A DNA stretch of 25,080 nt from assembly GCA_037133055.1 (NCBI GenBank), contig JBAXOY010000040.1, positions 1 through 25,080 on the forward strand, read 5' to 3'. The position numbers and the translations under genes are program-made. Below the pieces are notes generated by a model. The model did no database searches. It had not been told where the DNA came from and worked only from the letters and a program-made list of their open reading frames with translations. The DNA comes from Chlamydiota bacterium (GTDB lineage Bacteria; Auribacterota; Tritonobacteria; UBA1439). Numbering within the stretch: position 1 is the first letter of the stretch; the number at the start of each line of letters is the position of its first letter. Below are positions 7,273 through 17,888 of this stretch, piece after piece.

Positions 7273-8511
7273 TCACCCCCCGATCCCCTCCCCCCAGAAG
7301 AGGGCCTCGAACGGCACCCCGGCGCCCTCGAGGATTTCGCAGGCGGCGGCGATCCCCGTCCTCCCCTCGCGCACCGGGTGCCCCACCTCGAGGAGGTGCC
7401 CGGGAAGCACGCGCGCGGGCCGCACCGCCTCGATGCACCGCCGCATCGCCTCGCGGTCGTCCTCGTCGGGGGAGACGCCGCCGCACTTCGGGATGAGGAG
7501 ATCGACCGGGCCGGCGTGCGCGACCGGCCCCGCGTAATCGTGGTCCGCGAGGTGGAGGACGCGGGGGCCCCCGGTGAACTCCGCCTCGTAGTATCGCATC
7601 GGGAGCGCGCCACCCCCGCCGTAGACATGTCGCCCCTCGTGCGCGCGGACGCGCACGCCGCCGGGGAGGTCGAGGACGTCCCCCGGGGACGCGTGGCGCA
7701 CCCCCCGCGCAAACAGGCACGAGAGCTCGGCCGGAACGACCGCCGCCTTCCCGGCCCCCCGCATTCTCGCGACGAGCTCGACGTCGAGGTGGTCGAGATG
7801 CCGGTGGGAGACGAGGAGGATGTCGAGGCACGAAACGAGCCCCTCAACGAGCTGCGCGGGGATGTCCCACCAGACGTTCAGGCTCCCGCGCGCGCTCACG
7901 ACGTCGAACCCGACCACCGCGCCGGGCGTCTCGATGATGAAGCCGTGGTTGTAGACAAGCCAGGCGCGCCACCCGTCGCCCCCCCGCCCGCCGCGGAGCC
8001 GCTCGACGAGACGGGCGAGCCGCCGCCTGAACAGTTCTTGGACGGCCGGTTTCCCCGAGGCCCCCTCCCTGAGGAGCACCGAATCGAGCGCGCCGAGGGC
8101 CGCGCGTCTGCCGGCGTGACGGTTCCACCGCGGCGGATGTTTCGCGAGGGCGGCCTCCGCCGCGGCGATAAACCGCCCGTCCGCGGCCGACCGGGCGATG
8201 GCGAAGACGCTGTTGGTCCAGCCGGATGCGTCCGCCTCGACGCGGGGGTTGCCCGGGTCCACGATCCAGCGCCCCCCGTCGATCACGTATTTGTAGCGGT
8301 GCGTTCCCGAAAGGAGACCCCGCTTCTCGAACCGCCACGACTCGTCGCGCCGCCTCGCCATCGGATCAGCGATGGGGTTCCAGGAGTTGAAATCACCGGC
8401 CACGCAGACGGACCGGTATCTCTCGTCCCTCAGGACGAACACCGCCCGCCCCTCCCGGCCGGAGACGATGACGCCCGGGCAGGCGGATTCGGCGTCCTGT
8501 CTTTTCTTCAT
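7273..8511 (-). CDS. CBM48/AMPK-beta-type glycogen-binding domain fused to an MBL-fold metallo-hydrolase
   Basis: N-terminal VCVAGDFNSW...GTHRYKYVIDGGRWIVDPGNP...NSVF (CBM48-like). C-terminal YNHGFIIET, SHRHLDHLD (HxHxDH), HLAD, LPGH (MBL fold). Confidence 0.85.
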   Translation of the reverse strand: MKKRQDAESACPGVIVSGREGRAVFVLRDERYRSVCVAGDFNSWNPIADPMARRRDESWRFEKRGLLSGTHRYKYVIDGGRWIVDPGNPRVEADASGWTNSVFAIARSAADGRFIAAAEAALAKHPPRWNRHAGRRAALGALDSVLLREGASGKPAVQELFRRRLARLVERLRGGRGGDGWRAWLVYNHGFIIETPGAVVGFDVVSARGSLNVWWDIPAQLVEGLVSCLDILLVSHRHLDHLDVELVARMRGAGKAAVVPAELSCLFARGVRHASPGDVLDLPGGVRVRAHEGRHVYGGGGALPMRYYEAEFTGGPRVLHLADHDYAGPVAHAGPVDLLIPKCGGVSPDEDDREAMRRCIEAVRPARVLPGHLLEVGHPVREGRTGIAAACEILEGAGVPFEALFWGEGIGG

Positions 8512-8521
8512 CTGGGATGCT

Positions 8522-8529
8522 ATTATAAT
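8522..8529. promoter_or_regulatory. Palindromic ATTATAAT giving a perfect -10 box on both strands
   Basis: TATAAT on + (8524-8529) and on - (8522-8527), inside the 47-bp gap between divergent genes. Confidence 0.6.
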
Positions 8530-8558
8530 CCATCGATCCTGCGAGGAGGAGCATTTCC

Positions 8559-11120
8559 ATGAAAAAAGTCGTGCGCTACACGGTGGTCCCTCACCTTCCC
8601 GAGCGGCTGAAGCCGCTCCTCGACATCGCCTACAATCTCTGGTGGTGCTGGAACCCGGATGCCGCCGAGCTGTTCCGCGGCCTCGATCCCGCCCTCTGGA
8701 GGGCGAACGGACACAACCCGGTGAAGATGCTGGGGTCGCTCGGCGCCGAGGATATCGACCGGCTCCTCAAGAACGACGCCCACCTCGCGCGGATGGACCG
8801 CGTGGCGGAGGAGCTGAAGGGCTACCTCGAGCACGGCACCTGGTACCAGAAGGAGCACGGCGACCACCTGGGCAGGACCATCGCCTACCTCTCGGCCGAG
8901 TTCGGCGTCCACGAGTGCCTGCCCCTGTACTCGGGGGGCCTCGGGGTCCTCGCCGGCGATTACCTCAAGTCCGCGAGCGAGATCGGCCTCCCGCTCATCG
9001 GGGTGGGGCTCGCATACCGGTTCGGCTACTTCCGCCAGTACCTGAACCTCGACGGCTGGCAGCAGGAGACCTACCCGGAGAACGACTTCTACAACATGCC
9101 GATGGCGCTCGTGAAGAACGCGAAGGGCGCCCCGATCGAGGTGGACGTACCGTTCCCGGGGAGGTCGGTGTACGTCCACATCTGGAAGGTCCAGGTAGGC
9201 AGGGTGCCGCTCTACCTCCTGGACACGAACCTCGACAGGAACTCCGGCGAGGACTCCAACATCACCTCCCACCTCTACGGCGGGGGCCCCGAGATGCGGA
9301 TCAAGCAGGAGATCGTCCTGGGGATCGGGGGGATCAGGGCCCTCGCGGCCATGGGCTGCCCCCCCACCGTGACGCACATGAACGAGGGGCACTCGGCGTT
9401 CATGGCGCTCGAGCGGACCCGGCACCTGATGGAGAAGCACTCCCTCTCCTTCGAGGAGGCGCGCGGGCTCGTCACCTCGACGAGCGTCTTCACCACGCAC
9501 ACGGCGGTCCCCGCCGGCATCGACCGGTTCGACGCCGACCTGATCAAGAAATATTTCGCGCACTACTGCAAGAAGCTCGATATCACCGTCGATACCCTCC
9601 TCGACCTCGGCCGCGAGAAACCCGGCGACGGCGGCGAGCCATTTTCGATGGCGGTGCTCGCCTGCCGGCTCGCCTCCTCCATCAACGGCGTGAGCAAGCT
9701 GCACGGGGAGATTTCCCGGGCCATGTGGCAGCGCCTCTGGCCGGAGGTCCCCCTGGACGAGGTTCCCATCGGGCATGTCAAGAACGGCATCCACACCCCC
9801 ACCTGGCTCTCCGACGAGATGGTCCGCCTCTACGACCGCTACATGGGGACGCGGTGGCGCTACGAGCCGGAGAACAAAAGCGTCTGGGAGCAGATCGAAA
9901 AAATCCCCGACGCCGAGCTCTGGGGCAGCCACCAGCGGCTGAAGGAGCGGCTCGTGGGGTACGTCCGCGCGAGGCTCCAGGAGCAGCTGAAGGGCATGGG
10001 GGCGCACAGCTCCCGCATCGCGGAGGCGGGCGAGGCGCTCGACCCCGGGGCGCTCACGATAGGGTTCGCGCGCCGGTTCGCCACCTACAAGCGGGCGACC
10101 CTCCTCATGCGCGACCCGGAGCGGCTGGCGCGGCTCATCGCCGGCGCGGGCAGGCCCGTGCAGTTCATCTTTGCCGGCAAGTCGCACCCCGCGGACGAGG
10201 GGGGCAAGAAGCTCATCAGGGAGATCGTCCACCTCTCGGAGAAGGAGCCGTTCAGGAACAGGGTCATGTTCCTCGAGAACTACGACATGGGCCTCGCCCG
10301 GCACCTGGTCGCGGGGGTCGACGTCTGGCTCAACACCCCGCGGCGGCCCCTCGAGGCGAGCGGGACGAGCGGGATGAAGGTGGTCCCCAACGGCGGCCTG
10401 ACGGTGAGCTCCCTCGACGGCTGGTGGCCCGAGGGGTACAACGGCGAGAACGGATGGGCGATCGGGAGCGGCGAAGAGTACGACGACGACGCGTACCAGG
10501 ACCAGGTGGAGAGCCTGGCGCTCTACGAGCTCCTCGAGAAGGAGATCATCCCGCTCTACTACAAGCGCGGCAAGGACGGCCTGCCGCGCGAGTGGGTCGA
10601 GATCATGAAGAACTCCATACGCACCCTCTGCCCGGTGTTCAACACCAACCGGATGGCCGGCGAGTACACCGAGATGATGTACCTTCCGGCGCTCGCCCAC
10701 TGGAAGCGGGTCGCCGCTGGCGGCATGGCGGAGGCGAGGGAGCTCGCCGCGTGGAAGGCCGCGCTCCGGGCGCAGTGGAGCGGCATCGCGATCAAGGACG
10801 TGAAGATCTCAAGCATCTCGGAGCTGCATGTCGGCGCCGAGCTCCCGGTGGAGGTCCAGGTGGAGCTCGGGAAGGCGGCCCCGGAGGACGTGACCGTCGA
10901 GCTCTTCCACGGTCCGCTCAGCGCAGACGGCGAGATCGTGTCCGGGAAGTCGACGCCGCTCAAGCACAGGCGGTCCGACAAGAACCGTTTCCACTCCTAT
11001 ACGGGCGCGATCCCCTCGACGGCGAGCGGGCAGTTCGGCTTTTCCGTGCGGGTCCTCCCCGCGCACGCGGGTCTCACCCACCGTTTCGAGACGGGGCTGA
11101 TCCACTGGTGGCGCGACTGA
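8559..11120 (+). CDS. glgP: Alpha-glucan (glycogen/maltodextrin) phosphorylase, GT35
   Basis: YSGGLGVLAGD, HMNEGH, FTTHT, GFARRFATYKRA, PLP-lysine motif EASGTSGMK; GAGGAGG RBS. Confidence 0.97.
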   Translation: MKKVVRYTVVPHLPERLKPLLDIAYNLWWCWNPDAAELFRGLDPALWRANGHNPVKMLGSLGAEDIDRLLKNDAHLARMDRVAEELKGYLEHGTWYQKEHGDHLGRTIAYLSAEFGVHECLPLYSGGLGVLAGDYLKSASEIGLPLIGVGLAYRFGYFRQYLNLDGWQQETYPENDFYNMPMALVKNAKGAPIEVDVPFPGRSVYVHIWKVQVGRVPLYLLDTNLDRNSGEDSNITSHLYGGGPEMRIKQEIVLGIGGIRALAAMGCPPTVTHMNEGHSAFMALERTRHLMEKHSLSFEEARGLVTSTSVFTTHTAVPAGIDRFDADLIKKYFAHYCKKLDITVDTLLDLGREKPGDGGEPFSMAVLACRLASSINGVSKLHGEISRAMWQRLWPEVPLDEVPIGHVKNGIHTPTWLSDEMVRLYDRYMGTRWRYEPENKSVWEQIEKIPDAELWGSHQRLKERLVGYVRARLQEQLKGMGAHSSRIAEAGEALDPGALTIGFARRFATYKRATLLMRDPERLARLIAGAGRPVQFIFAGKSHPADEGGKKLIREIVHLSEKEPFRNRVMFLENYDMGLARHLVAGVDVWLNTPRRPLEASGTSGMKVVPNGGLTVSSLDGWWPEGYNGENGWAIGSGEEYDDDAYQDQVESLALYELLEKEIIPLYYKRGKDGLPREWVEIMKNSIRTLCPVFNTNRMAGEYTEMMYLPALAHWKRVAAGGMAEARELAAWKAALRAQWSGIAIKDVKISSISELHVGAELPVEVQVELGKAAPEDVTVELFHGPLSADGEIVSGKSTPLKHRRSDKNRFHSYTGAIPSTASGQFGFSVRVLPAHAGLTHRFETGLIHWWRD

Positions 11121-11151
11121 GCGGGCGGCGCAAGGGACGAACCATCCCCCA

Positions 11152-12114
11152 TTATAGTGCGGAGGAAACCCTCCCGCGCCACCAGTCGAGGATCTCACGG
11201 AGCGTCTCCTCGATCGGATGCTCCGGCCTCCACCCGGTCGCCCGCGCGAACTTCGCGCAGTCGCCGTAGAAGACCGGGACATCGGATTCTCTGAGGCGCG
11301 CCGTGTCCTGCCGCACCTCGATCCGGACGGAGGAGAGGGCGAGGAGTATCCCGAGCACCTCCCCGATCCGGCGCGGGCGCCCCATGCAGATATTGTAGGT
11401 CTCGCCGGGCGCGCACTTCTCCGCGGCGAGCGCGTACGCCCGCACCATGTCGCGGACATCCGTGAAATCCCGCTCCGCGTCGAGGTTCCCCACATCGATG
11501 ACCGGCTTCTTCTTCCCCGCCTCGATCTCGGCGATCTGGCGGGCAAACGTGGAGGTGACGAACGCGGGGCTCTGCCGCGGACCGATGTGGTTGAACGGCC
11601 TCACGATCACGGCGGGGACGGCGTGCGCCCTCCCGTAGCAGCGGGCGGCCTCCTCGGCGCAGAGCTTGGAGAGGGCGTAGATGTTCCCGGGGGCGGGGCC
11701 GCGGAGTTCCGCGATGGGCATCTCCCCCGGCGGGACCTTCCCATAGACCTCCGAAGAGCTCACGACGACGACCCGGGCCGCGGGGGCGTGCCGCCGGCAC
11801 GCCTCGAGCAGGTTGAGCGTGCCCCCGGCATTCACGTCGAGGGCCTCGCGCGGCGCCTTTTCCGCGGCGGGGACAAACGACACCGCAGCGAGGTGAAAGA
11901 CCGCCCCGGGGGAGGCCGATGCGACGGCGCCCGCCATCGCGCCGGAGTCGAGGATGTCTGCGTCCTCGACGCGCAGGACGCCGATCCCCGCCAGGTTATC
12001 GCGCGGCACGCCCGGGCGCTCGAGGCCCACGACCTCCCAGCCGTGCGCGCAGAGGTGCTCGGCGAGGTGGCTCCCCGCGAAACCGGCGATTCCGGTGATA
12101 AGCGCTTTTTTCAT
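11152..12114 (-). CDS. rmd: GDP-4-dehydro-6-deoxy-D-mannose reductase (Rmd-like extended SDR)
   Basis: ITGIAGFAG, SSSEVYG, YALSK, RPFNHIGPRQ, GNLDAERDFTDVRD; directly downstream of gmd. The SDR family is secure; the exact product is inferred from context. Confidence 0.75.
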   Translation of the reverse strand: MKKALITGIAGFAGSHLAEHLCAHGWEVVGLERPGVPRDNLAGIGVLRVEDADILDSGAMAGAVASASPGAVFHLAAVSFVPAAEKAPREALDVNAGGTLNLLEACRRHAPAARVVVVSSSEVYGKVPPGEMPIAELRGPAPGNIYALSKLCAEEAARCYGRAHAVPAVIVRPFNHIGPRQSPAFVTSTFARQIAEIEAGKKKPVIDVGNLDAERDFTDVRDMVRAYALAAEKCAPGETYNICMGRPRRIGEVLGILLALSSVRIEVRQDTARLRESDVPVFYGDCAKFARATGWRPEHPIEETLREILDWWRGRVSSAL

Positions 12115-12139
12115 GCGTATGCTTCGTGATCGTGAAAAG

Positions 12140-13156
<1,017 letters not shown>

Positions 13157-13181
13157 TTAATCAGTGCTGCTGCACGGGAGT

Positions 13182-13209
13182 AGTATAGCGCGTATCGCGT
13201 TATTGTCCA
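13182..13209 (-). promoter_or_regulatory. Candidate promoter for gmd-rmd
   Basis: Minus strand TGGACA-16 nt-TATACT. Confidence 0.45.
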
Positions 13210-13275
13210 CCCCCCCGAAAGCCCCCACTTTAATCTGCATCACCCGGCTTCCTATTGGGATTTTCTGTTGGGATC

Positions 13276-13422
13276 TGGGATTTGGGATTTGGGATTTCCC
13301 TTGTACCATGGCTTGCTGTTGGGATGTGCGGTTGGGATTTGGGATTTGGGATTTCCCTTGTACCATGGCTTGCTGTTGGGATGTGCGGTTGGGATTTGGG
13401 ATTTGGGATTTGGGATTTCCCT
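13276..13422. repeat. 57-bp tandem duplication built from GGGATTT heptamer clusters
   Basis: Identical units at 13276-13332 and 13333-13389, followed by (GGGATTT)4-CCCT. Degenerate heptamers extend left to about 13256. Confidence 0.92.
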
Positions 13423-13423
13423 G

Positions 13424-13432
13424 TGGTATCAT
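13424..13432 (+). promoter_or_regulatory. Extended -10 promoter of a probably leaderless metX operon
   Basis: TG-G-TATCAT, 8 nt before the ATG at 13441; no SD sequence. Confidence 0.55.
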
Positions 13433-13440
13433 CTATCGCC

Positions 13441-14598
13441 ATGCAGAAGGATCCGGTCGGCATCGTCGAGACGAAGTCTTTCACCTTCGCCGCCCCTCCC
13501 GGGGGTCTCGCGCTCGAGTGCGGCGTCACCCTCGGACCGGTGACGCTCGCCTACGAGACCTACGGCACACTCGACGCCGAACGCTCCAACGCCGTCCTCA
13601 TCCTCCACGCCCTCTCCGGCGACGCCCACGCCGCAGGCTGCCACGCGGACGACACCCGCGCCGGCTGGTGGGACATCATGATCGGGCCCGGAAAGGCGTT
13701 CGACACGGACCGCTATTTCGTCATCTGCGCCAACTGCCTCGGCGGCTGCATGGGCTCGACCGGCCCCTCCTCGACGAACCCCGTGACGGGGAGGCCCTAC
13801 GCCATGGACTTCCCGGTCATCACCATCGGCGACATGGTGAAGGCGCAGAAGGCGCTCGTCGAGCACCTGGGGATCGGGAAGCTCCTCGCGGTGGCGGGCG
13901 GGTCGATGGGCGGAATGGAGGCCCTCGAGTGGGTCACCGCCTACCCCGACGCCGTCCGCGCGGCCATCCCCATCGCCACGACGAGCCACCTCTCCGCCCA
14001 AGGGATCGCCTTCAACGAGGTGGGGCGCCAGGCGATCATGGCCGACCCGAACTGGAAGGGAGGCGCCTACTACGACGGGGAGCCCCCCAACCGCGGGCTC
14101 GCGATCGCGCGCATGATCGGCCACATCACCTACCTGAGCGACGAGTCGATGCGCAAGAAGTTCGGCCGGAGGCTCCAGAACCGGGTGGAGCTCTCCTTCG
14201 ACTTCCTGACCGACTTCCAGGTCGAGAGCTACCTCCACCACCAGGGCGACATCTTCACCCAGCGCTTCGACGCCAACTCCTACCTCTACATCACGAAGGC
14301 GATCGACTATTTCGATCTCGCGGAGAAGGGGGGCGGCTCTCTCGAGAAGGCGCTCGCGAACGTCACGGCCTCGTTCCTCATCATCGCCTTCTCCTCCGAC
14401 TGGCTCTACCCGGCGTACCAGAACAAGGAGATCGCCGACGCGCTCCGCGCGCACAACCTCGAGGTGAGCTACTGCGTCCTCGACTCGAGCTATGGCCACG
14501 ACGCATTCCTCCTCGAGTCCACGCACCAGACGCACCTCATCTCGCACTTCCTCCGCCACATCTACGACGAGCACGTGCACGGGAGCCACTGCCGATGA
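13441..14598 (+). CDS. metX: Homoserine O-acyl(acetyl)transferase
   Basis: [25 protein letters not shown], nucleophile GGSMGG, RFDANSY, SDWLYP, GHDAFL. Start set at 13441 because the upstream extension is only the repeat. Confidence 0.95.
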   Translation: MQKDPVGIVETKSFTFAAPPGGLALECGVTLGPVTLAYETYGTLDAERSNAVLILHALSGDAHAAGCHADDTRAGWWDIMIGPGKAFDTDRYFVICANCLGGCMGSTGPSSTNPVTGRPYAMDFPVITIGDMVKAQKALVEHLGIGKLLAVAGGSMGGMEALEWVTAYPDAVRAAIPIATTSHLSAQGIAFNEVGRQAIMADPNWKGGAYYDGEPPNRGLAIARMIGHITYLSDESMRKKFGRRLQNRVELSFDFLTDFQVESYLHHQGDIFTQRFDANSYLYITKAIDYFDLAEKGGGSLEKALANVTASFLIIAFSSDWLYPAYQNKEIADALRAHNLEVSYCVLDSSYGHDAFLLESTHQTHLISHFLRHIYDEHVHGSHCR

Positions 14599-15215
14599 GC
14601 CCGGAGATGAACGCCCTGCGCCTCAGGCCCGACCTCCTGAAGATCTACGAGATCATCCGGCCCGGGAGCCGGGTCCTCGACCTCGGCGCCGGAAGCGGCG
14701 ACCTGCTGAAGGCCCTCGAGCGGCACAAGGGGGCCACGGTCCGCGGGGTCGAGATCTCCGAGGAGGGGATCATGGAGTGCATCGCCAAGGGCATCCCCAT
14801 CTACCAGAGCAACCTCGACGAGGGGCTCGCCGACTACGGGGAGCAGTCGTTCGACTACGTCATTCTCAGCCAGACGCTCCAGCAGGTGCACAAGCCGAAG
14901 CTCATCCTCCAGGAGGTCGTCAGGGTGGGGAGGAGCGGCATCGTGAGCATCCCGAACTTCGGCCACTGGTTCGTCCGCTTCCAGCTCCTCTTCCGCGGGA
15001 CGATGCCGAAGACGACCTACATCCCCTACGCCTGGTACGAGTCCCCGAACATCCACCTCCTGAGCATCAGGGACTTCCGCGAGCTCTGCGCCGGGGTCGG
15101 CATCCGCATCCTGAACGAGTGGACGGTCGGGTCCGGGAGGGGGCTGCCCGGCGGGCTGATGCGCGCCTGGCCGAACATGCTCGCGCCGCTGGGGGTGTTC
15201 GAGATAAGCAGATAA
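14595..15215 (+). CDS. metW: Methionine biosynthesis protein MetW
   Basis: [42 protein letters not shown] overlap with the metX stop. Confidence 0.93.
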   Translation: MSPEMNALRLRPDLLKIYEIIRPGSRVLDLGAGSGDLLKALERHKGATVRGVEISEEGIMECIAKGIPIYQSNLDEGLADYGEQSFDYVILSQTLQQVHKPKLILQEVVRVGRSGIVSIPNFGHWFVRFQLLFRGTMPKTTYIPYAWYESPNIHLLSIRDFRELCAGVGIRILNEWTVGSGRGLPGGLMRAWPNMLAPLGVFEISR

Positions 15216-15229
15216 AGGAGGTTCCCCGC

Positions 15230-16282
15230 ATGAACCCGCACGATTATTTCGAGAGCCAGATAGGGCAGATCCTCTGCCCGGTTTCAGATTTCAAGAAGGG
15301 GGTCCTCGACACGACTTACCTGATGCGCCACGACGGGAGCTTCGTCTACGTCGAGGGATACTACCACCCCCCGGGGAAGGTGATCGGAAAGATCATCTAC
15401 TGCCCGAAGGAGGGCGGGAAGATCGACATCCACGGGCGCGCCTACGCGAGCATGGTGAAGGGGGAGAAAGACGGGCAGACGACCTACACCCCCCACGACG
15501 AGCAGATACGGCAGCACTACCTCATCGATCCCACGCTGGAGAAAGAGGACCTGATCGTCACGAAGTTCCACGTGGTCTTCCCCATGTCCGGGTTCCGCGG
15601 ATACTTCAACGATCGCCTCTCCCTCTTCTACGCGATGGGCAAGTTTCCCCTCGTGGGCAAGGCGGTCGAGAACGTGAGCCGCTTCCTCGAGATCCCGATC
15701 AGCAGGCTCGGAATCACCGGCTCGACCGCCCTCGGACGCCGGGGCGAGCACTCCGACGTGGACCTGGTCATCTTCGGGACCGTCGCGCAGAACCGGGAGA
15801 CGGCGGCCCGGATCGCCGACCACATCCACCGCACCCCCGAGGCGCGGGTGGTGGAGTTCGGCAAGTTCTGGCCGCTCCGGTTCAACTACCAGGGGATCGA
15901 GATGTGCCCCGCGTACGTCTACATGGATCTCGACGAGGTCCCCTTGAGGAACTGCACGGTGGAGCTCGTGAAGGACAACGTGGAGGCGTTCGGGACCGTC
16001 AGCGACGACACCCACGCGATCTACAACCCGCCGGTGGTGACCCTCTCCGAGGTATGGATCGACGGAAAGCGCGCCGACGACATCACCTTCATTGTCTACG
16101 ACGGGTCTCTGCGCGGAGAGTTCTATCCCAGGGAGCGCCTGGGGGTGCGGGGACGGCTCGTCCGCGTGAAGAAGGACGGGAAGGAGTTCCTCGCCCTCTT
16201 TGCGTTCGACGCGGGCGACATCACGCGCCAGCAGTTCGTGAAGGGCGTGCCCACGCTCGCCCCCCCTCCGCCCAAGGCATGA
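15230..16282 (+). CDS. Pol-beta superfamily nucleotidyltransferase-domain protein, resembling an uncharacterised mostly archaeal family
   Basis: GITGSTALG...SDVDLVIFG (hG[GS]-DxD motif), N-terminal V.GY.HP...Y.P, beta-rich C-terminus. AAAGGAGG RBS overlaps the metW stop. Confidence 0.78.
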   Translation: MNPHDYFESQIGQILCPVSDFKKGVLDTTYLMRHDGSFVYVEGYYHPPGKVIGKIIYCPKEGGKIDIHGRAYASMVKGEKDGQTTYTPHDEQIRQHYLIDPTLEKEDLIVTKFHVVFPMSGFRGYFNDRLSLFYAMGKFPLVGKAVENVSRFLEIPISRLGITGSTALGRRGEHSDVDLVIFGTVAQNRETAARIADHIHRTPEARVVEFGKFWPLRFNYQGIEMCPAYVYMDLDEVPLRNCTVELVKDNVEAFGTVSDDTHAIYNPPVVTLSEVWIDGKRADDITFIVYDGSLRGEFYPRERLGVRGRLVRVKKDGKEFLALFAFDAGDITRQQFVKGVPTLAPPPPKA

Positions 16283-16400
16283 CGGCTTTGCCCGTCCCGG
16301 GAAGTATCGACGCGACGGGGTGTCGGCGACACAGAAGCGTAGAAGCCGCCCATTCGCCGCTTCGCCCTTCCGCCATGTCGGCTTTCACGGGATTTGGGAT

Positions 16401-17864
16401 TTATTGATGCGCCCCGGTCCCCCTGACCTTCGGCGCGGTGCGCGCGTACTCCGCGAAGAGCTCCGAGAGGCGCTGGATATCCGCAAGGACCCCGGGCGCG
16501 TCCACCCGCGTGAACCGGTAGTCGTCGAGGAGCATCTCCCCCCCCGCGGCGACGTAGCGCGCCTCGCTTCCGTTCGCCGCCCAGATGAGGTTCTCCGCCA
16601 CGTTGTCGAGCCTTGTCGGCGTGAGGTTCGCGCCCCGCAGGTCGATGAGCACGAATTCCGCGTCGCGCCCCGGCTCGAGCGACCCCACGTTCAGACCCAG
16701 CATCCGCGCCGGCTCGACGGTGATGAGCTCGAGCATTTTCTGCGCGGGGAGGAGCGTCGCGTCCGCATGCAGCGCCTTCTGGTACTGGGAGGCGCAGCGG
16801 GCGGCGCTCAGGATGTTCTGGTTATCGGCGCTCCCCGACCCGTCGGTCGAGACGGCGACGGGGATCCCCATCTCCATCATCCGGACGATCGGCGGCATCC
16901 CCGAGCCGAGGATGGTGTTCGCGAGAGGGTTGTGGACGACCCTCGCGCCGGTGTCGCGCAGGATCTCGAGGTCGCGGTCGGTGCAGTTCACCTGGTGCGC
17001 GAGAATGGTGTCCTTGTCGAGGAAGTCGATGCTCTTCGCGTACTCCACCTCGGTCATCCCGTAGGTCTCCGTGAACCACCGCGTCGTCTTCGGCTCCTCC
17101 GAGGAGTGGATGTGGATGAGCGTGCCATGGTCGCGCGACCATTTCTTCAGCCCCTTGAGGATCTCGGGCCCGTTCGAAAAGAACTGGTCCGGCCCGGGGA
17201 TGATCCGCACGCGCGGCACCGCGGCGAACTCCCGCGCGTACCCGTCCACGCGCGCGACCGCCCCCTCCGGCGCGTCGAGGATGCGGGCGTCGTAGTGCCG
17301 GTCCTGGCTCCCGACCGCGATGGTGAGCCGGGTGCCCGCCTCGCGGTTCGCCTCGACGAGGTCCCGGACGTTGTACTTGCTGAAGTTGCAGTGGTGCGTG
17401 AGGGCGGAGGTGATGCCGTAGGAGACGTCGTCGAGGCGCGCCTTCCGGTATGCGACCGCGTTCGGCGAGCGGCCGAACTCCTTCGCGAGCCCCTCCGCAT
17501 TCTCCGCCAGGAACCCGGTGAACGGGTTCACCGCGTTGTCGAGCCACGCGGTGAGCGGCTGATCCTTGGCGACGCCGATGATGGCGGATTCGTGGTCGTG
17601 CCCGTGCGCCTTCACGAAGCCGGGGAGAAGGACGCCGTTCAGGCAGGGGATCTTTTCCCCCGGGGCCTCCCCCACCACTCGTAGATCCCCCTTGTAGCAG
17701 GCGAGGATCCGCTCCCCGATCTCGGGCGTGTACCGCCCCGTCTCGATGATCCGGTCCCCTTCCGTGAGGACGTATCCGTCCTCGATGCGCGTATCCCTCC
17801 CCGCCGCGTCGCTCATCGGGAGCATGAACCGCGCGCGGATGAGAATATGACCCGGCCTTTTCAT
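16401..17864 (-). CDS. Amidohydrolase family deaminase (MTA/SAH- or guanine-deaminase-like)
   Basis: LLPGFVKAHGH (HxH), HIHSSE, LAHQV, HNPLAN..LGSG, STDGSGS, GSLEPG. Confidence 0.88.
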   Translation of the reverse strand: MKRPGHILIRARFMLPMSDAAGRDTRIEDGYVLTEGDRIIETGRYTPEIGERILACYKGDLRVVGEAPGEKIPCLNGVLLPGFVKAHGHDHESAIIGVAKDQPLTAWLDNAVNPFTGFLAENAEGLAKEFGRSPNAVAYRKARLDDVSYGITSALTHHCNFSKYNVRDLVEANREAGTRLTIAVGSQDRHYDARILDAPEGAVARVDGYAREFAAVPRVRIIPGPDQFFSNGPEILKGLKKWSRDHGTLIHIHSSEEPKTTRWFTETYGMTEVEYAKSIDFLDKDTILAHQVNCTDRDLEILRDTGARVVHNPLANTILGSGMPPIVRMMEMGIPVAVSTDGSGSADNQNILSAARCASQYQKALHADATLLPAQKMLELITVEPARMLGLNVGSLEPGRDAEFVLIDLRGANLTPTRLDNVAENLIWAANGSEARYVAAGGEMLLDDYRFTRVDAPGVLADIQRLSELFAEYARTAPKVRGTGAHQ

Positions 17865-17888
17865 GGTCGCTCCATTTCCCGCCTTATT

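Noticed and set aside
7273..8100. Metallo-beta-lactamase as an antibiotic resistance gene
   Set aside because: Only the fold motif is shared; there is no signal peptide and it is fused to a glycogen-binding module.
8372..11269. 965-aa overlapping ORF and 725-aa antisense ORF over glgP
   Set aside because: Arg/Pro/Gly-rich or antisense-mirror composition without domain motifs.
13276..13418. CRISPR-like repeat-spacer pattern
   Set aside because: The two spacers are identical, the repeat is a simple heptamer run, and no cas genes are present.
13157..13543. ORFs with IPNPKSQ/GIWDLGF repeats and the long N-terminal extension of metX
   Set aside because: These are translations of the heptamer repeat; MetX homology begins at 13441.
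13164..16282. 683-aa and 596-aa ORFs suggesting fusions or frameshifts
   Set aside because: Their N-terminal parts are off-frame overlaps. metW (14595) and the nucleotidyltransferase (15230) have their own coupled or RBS-supported starts.
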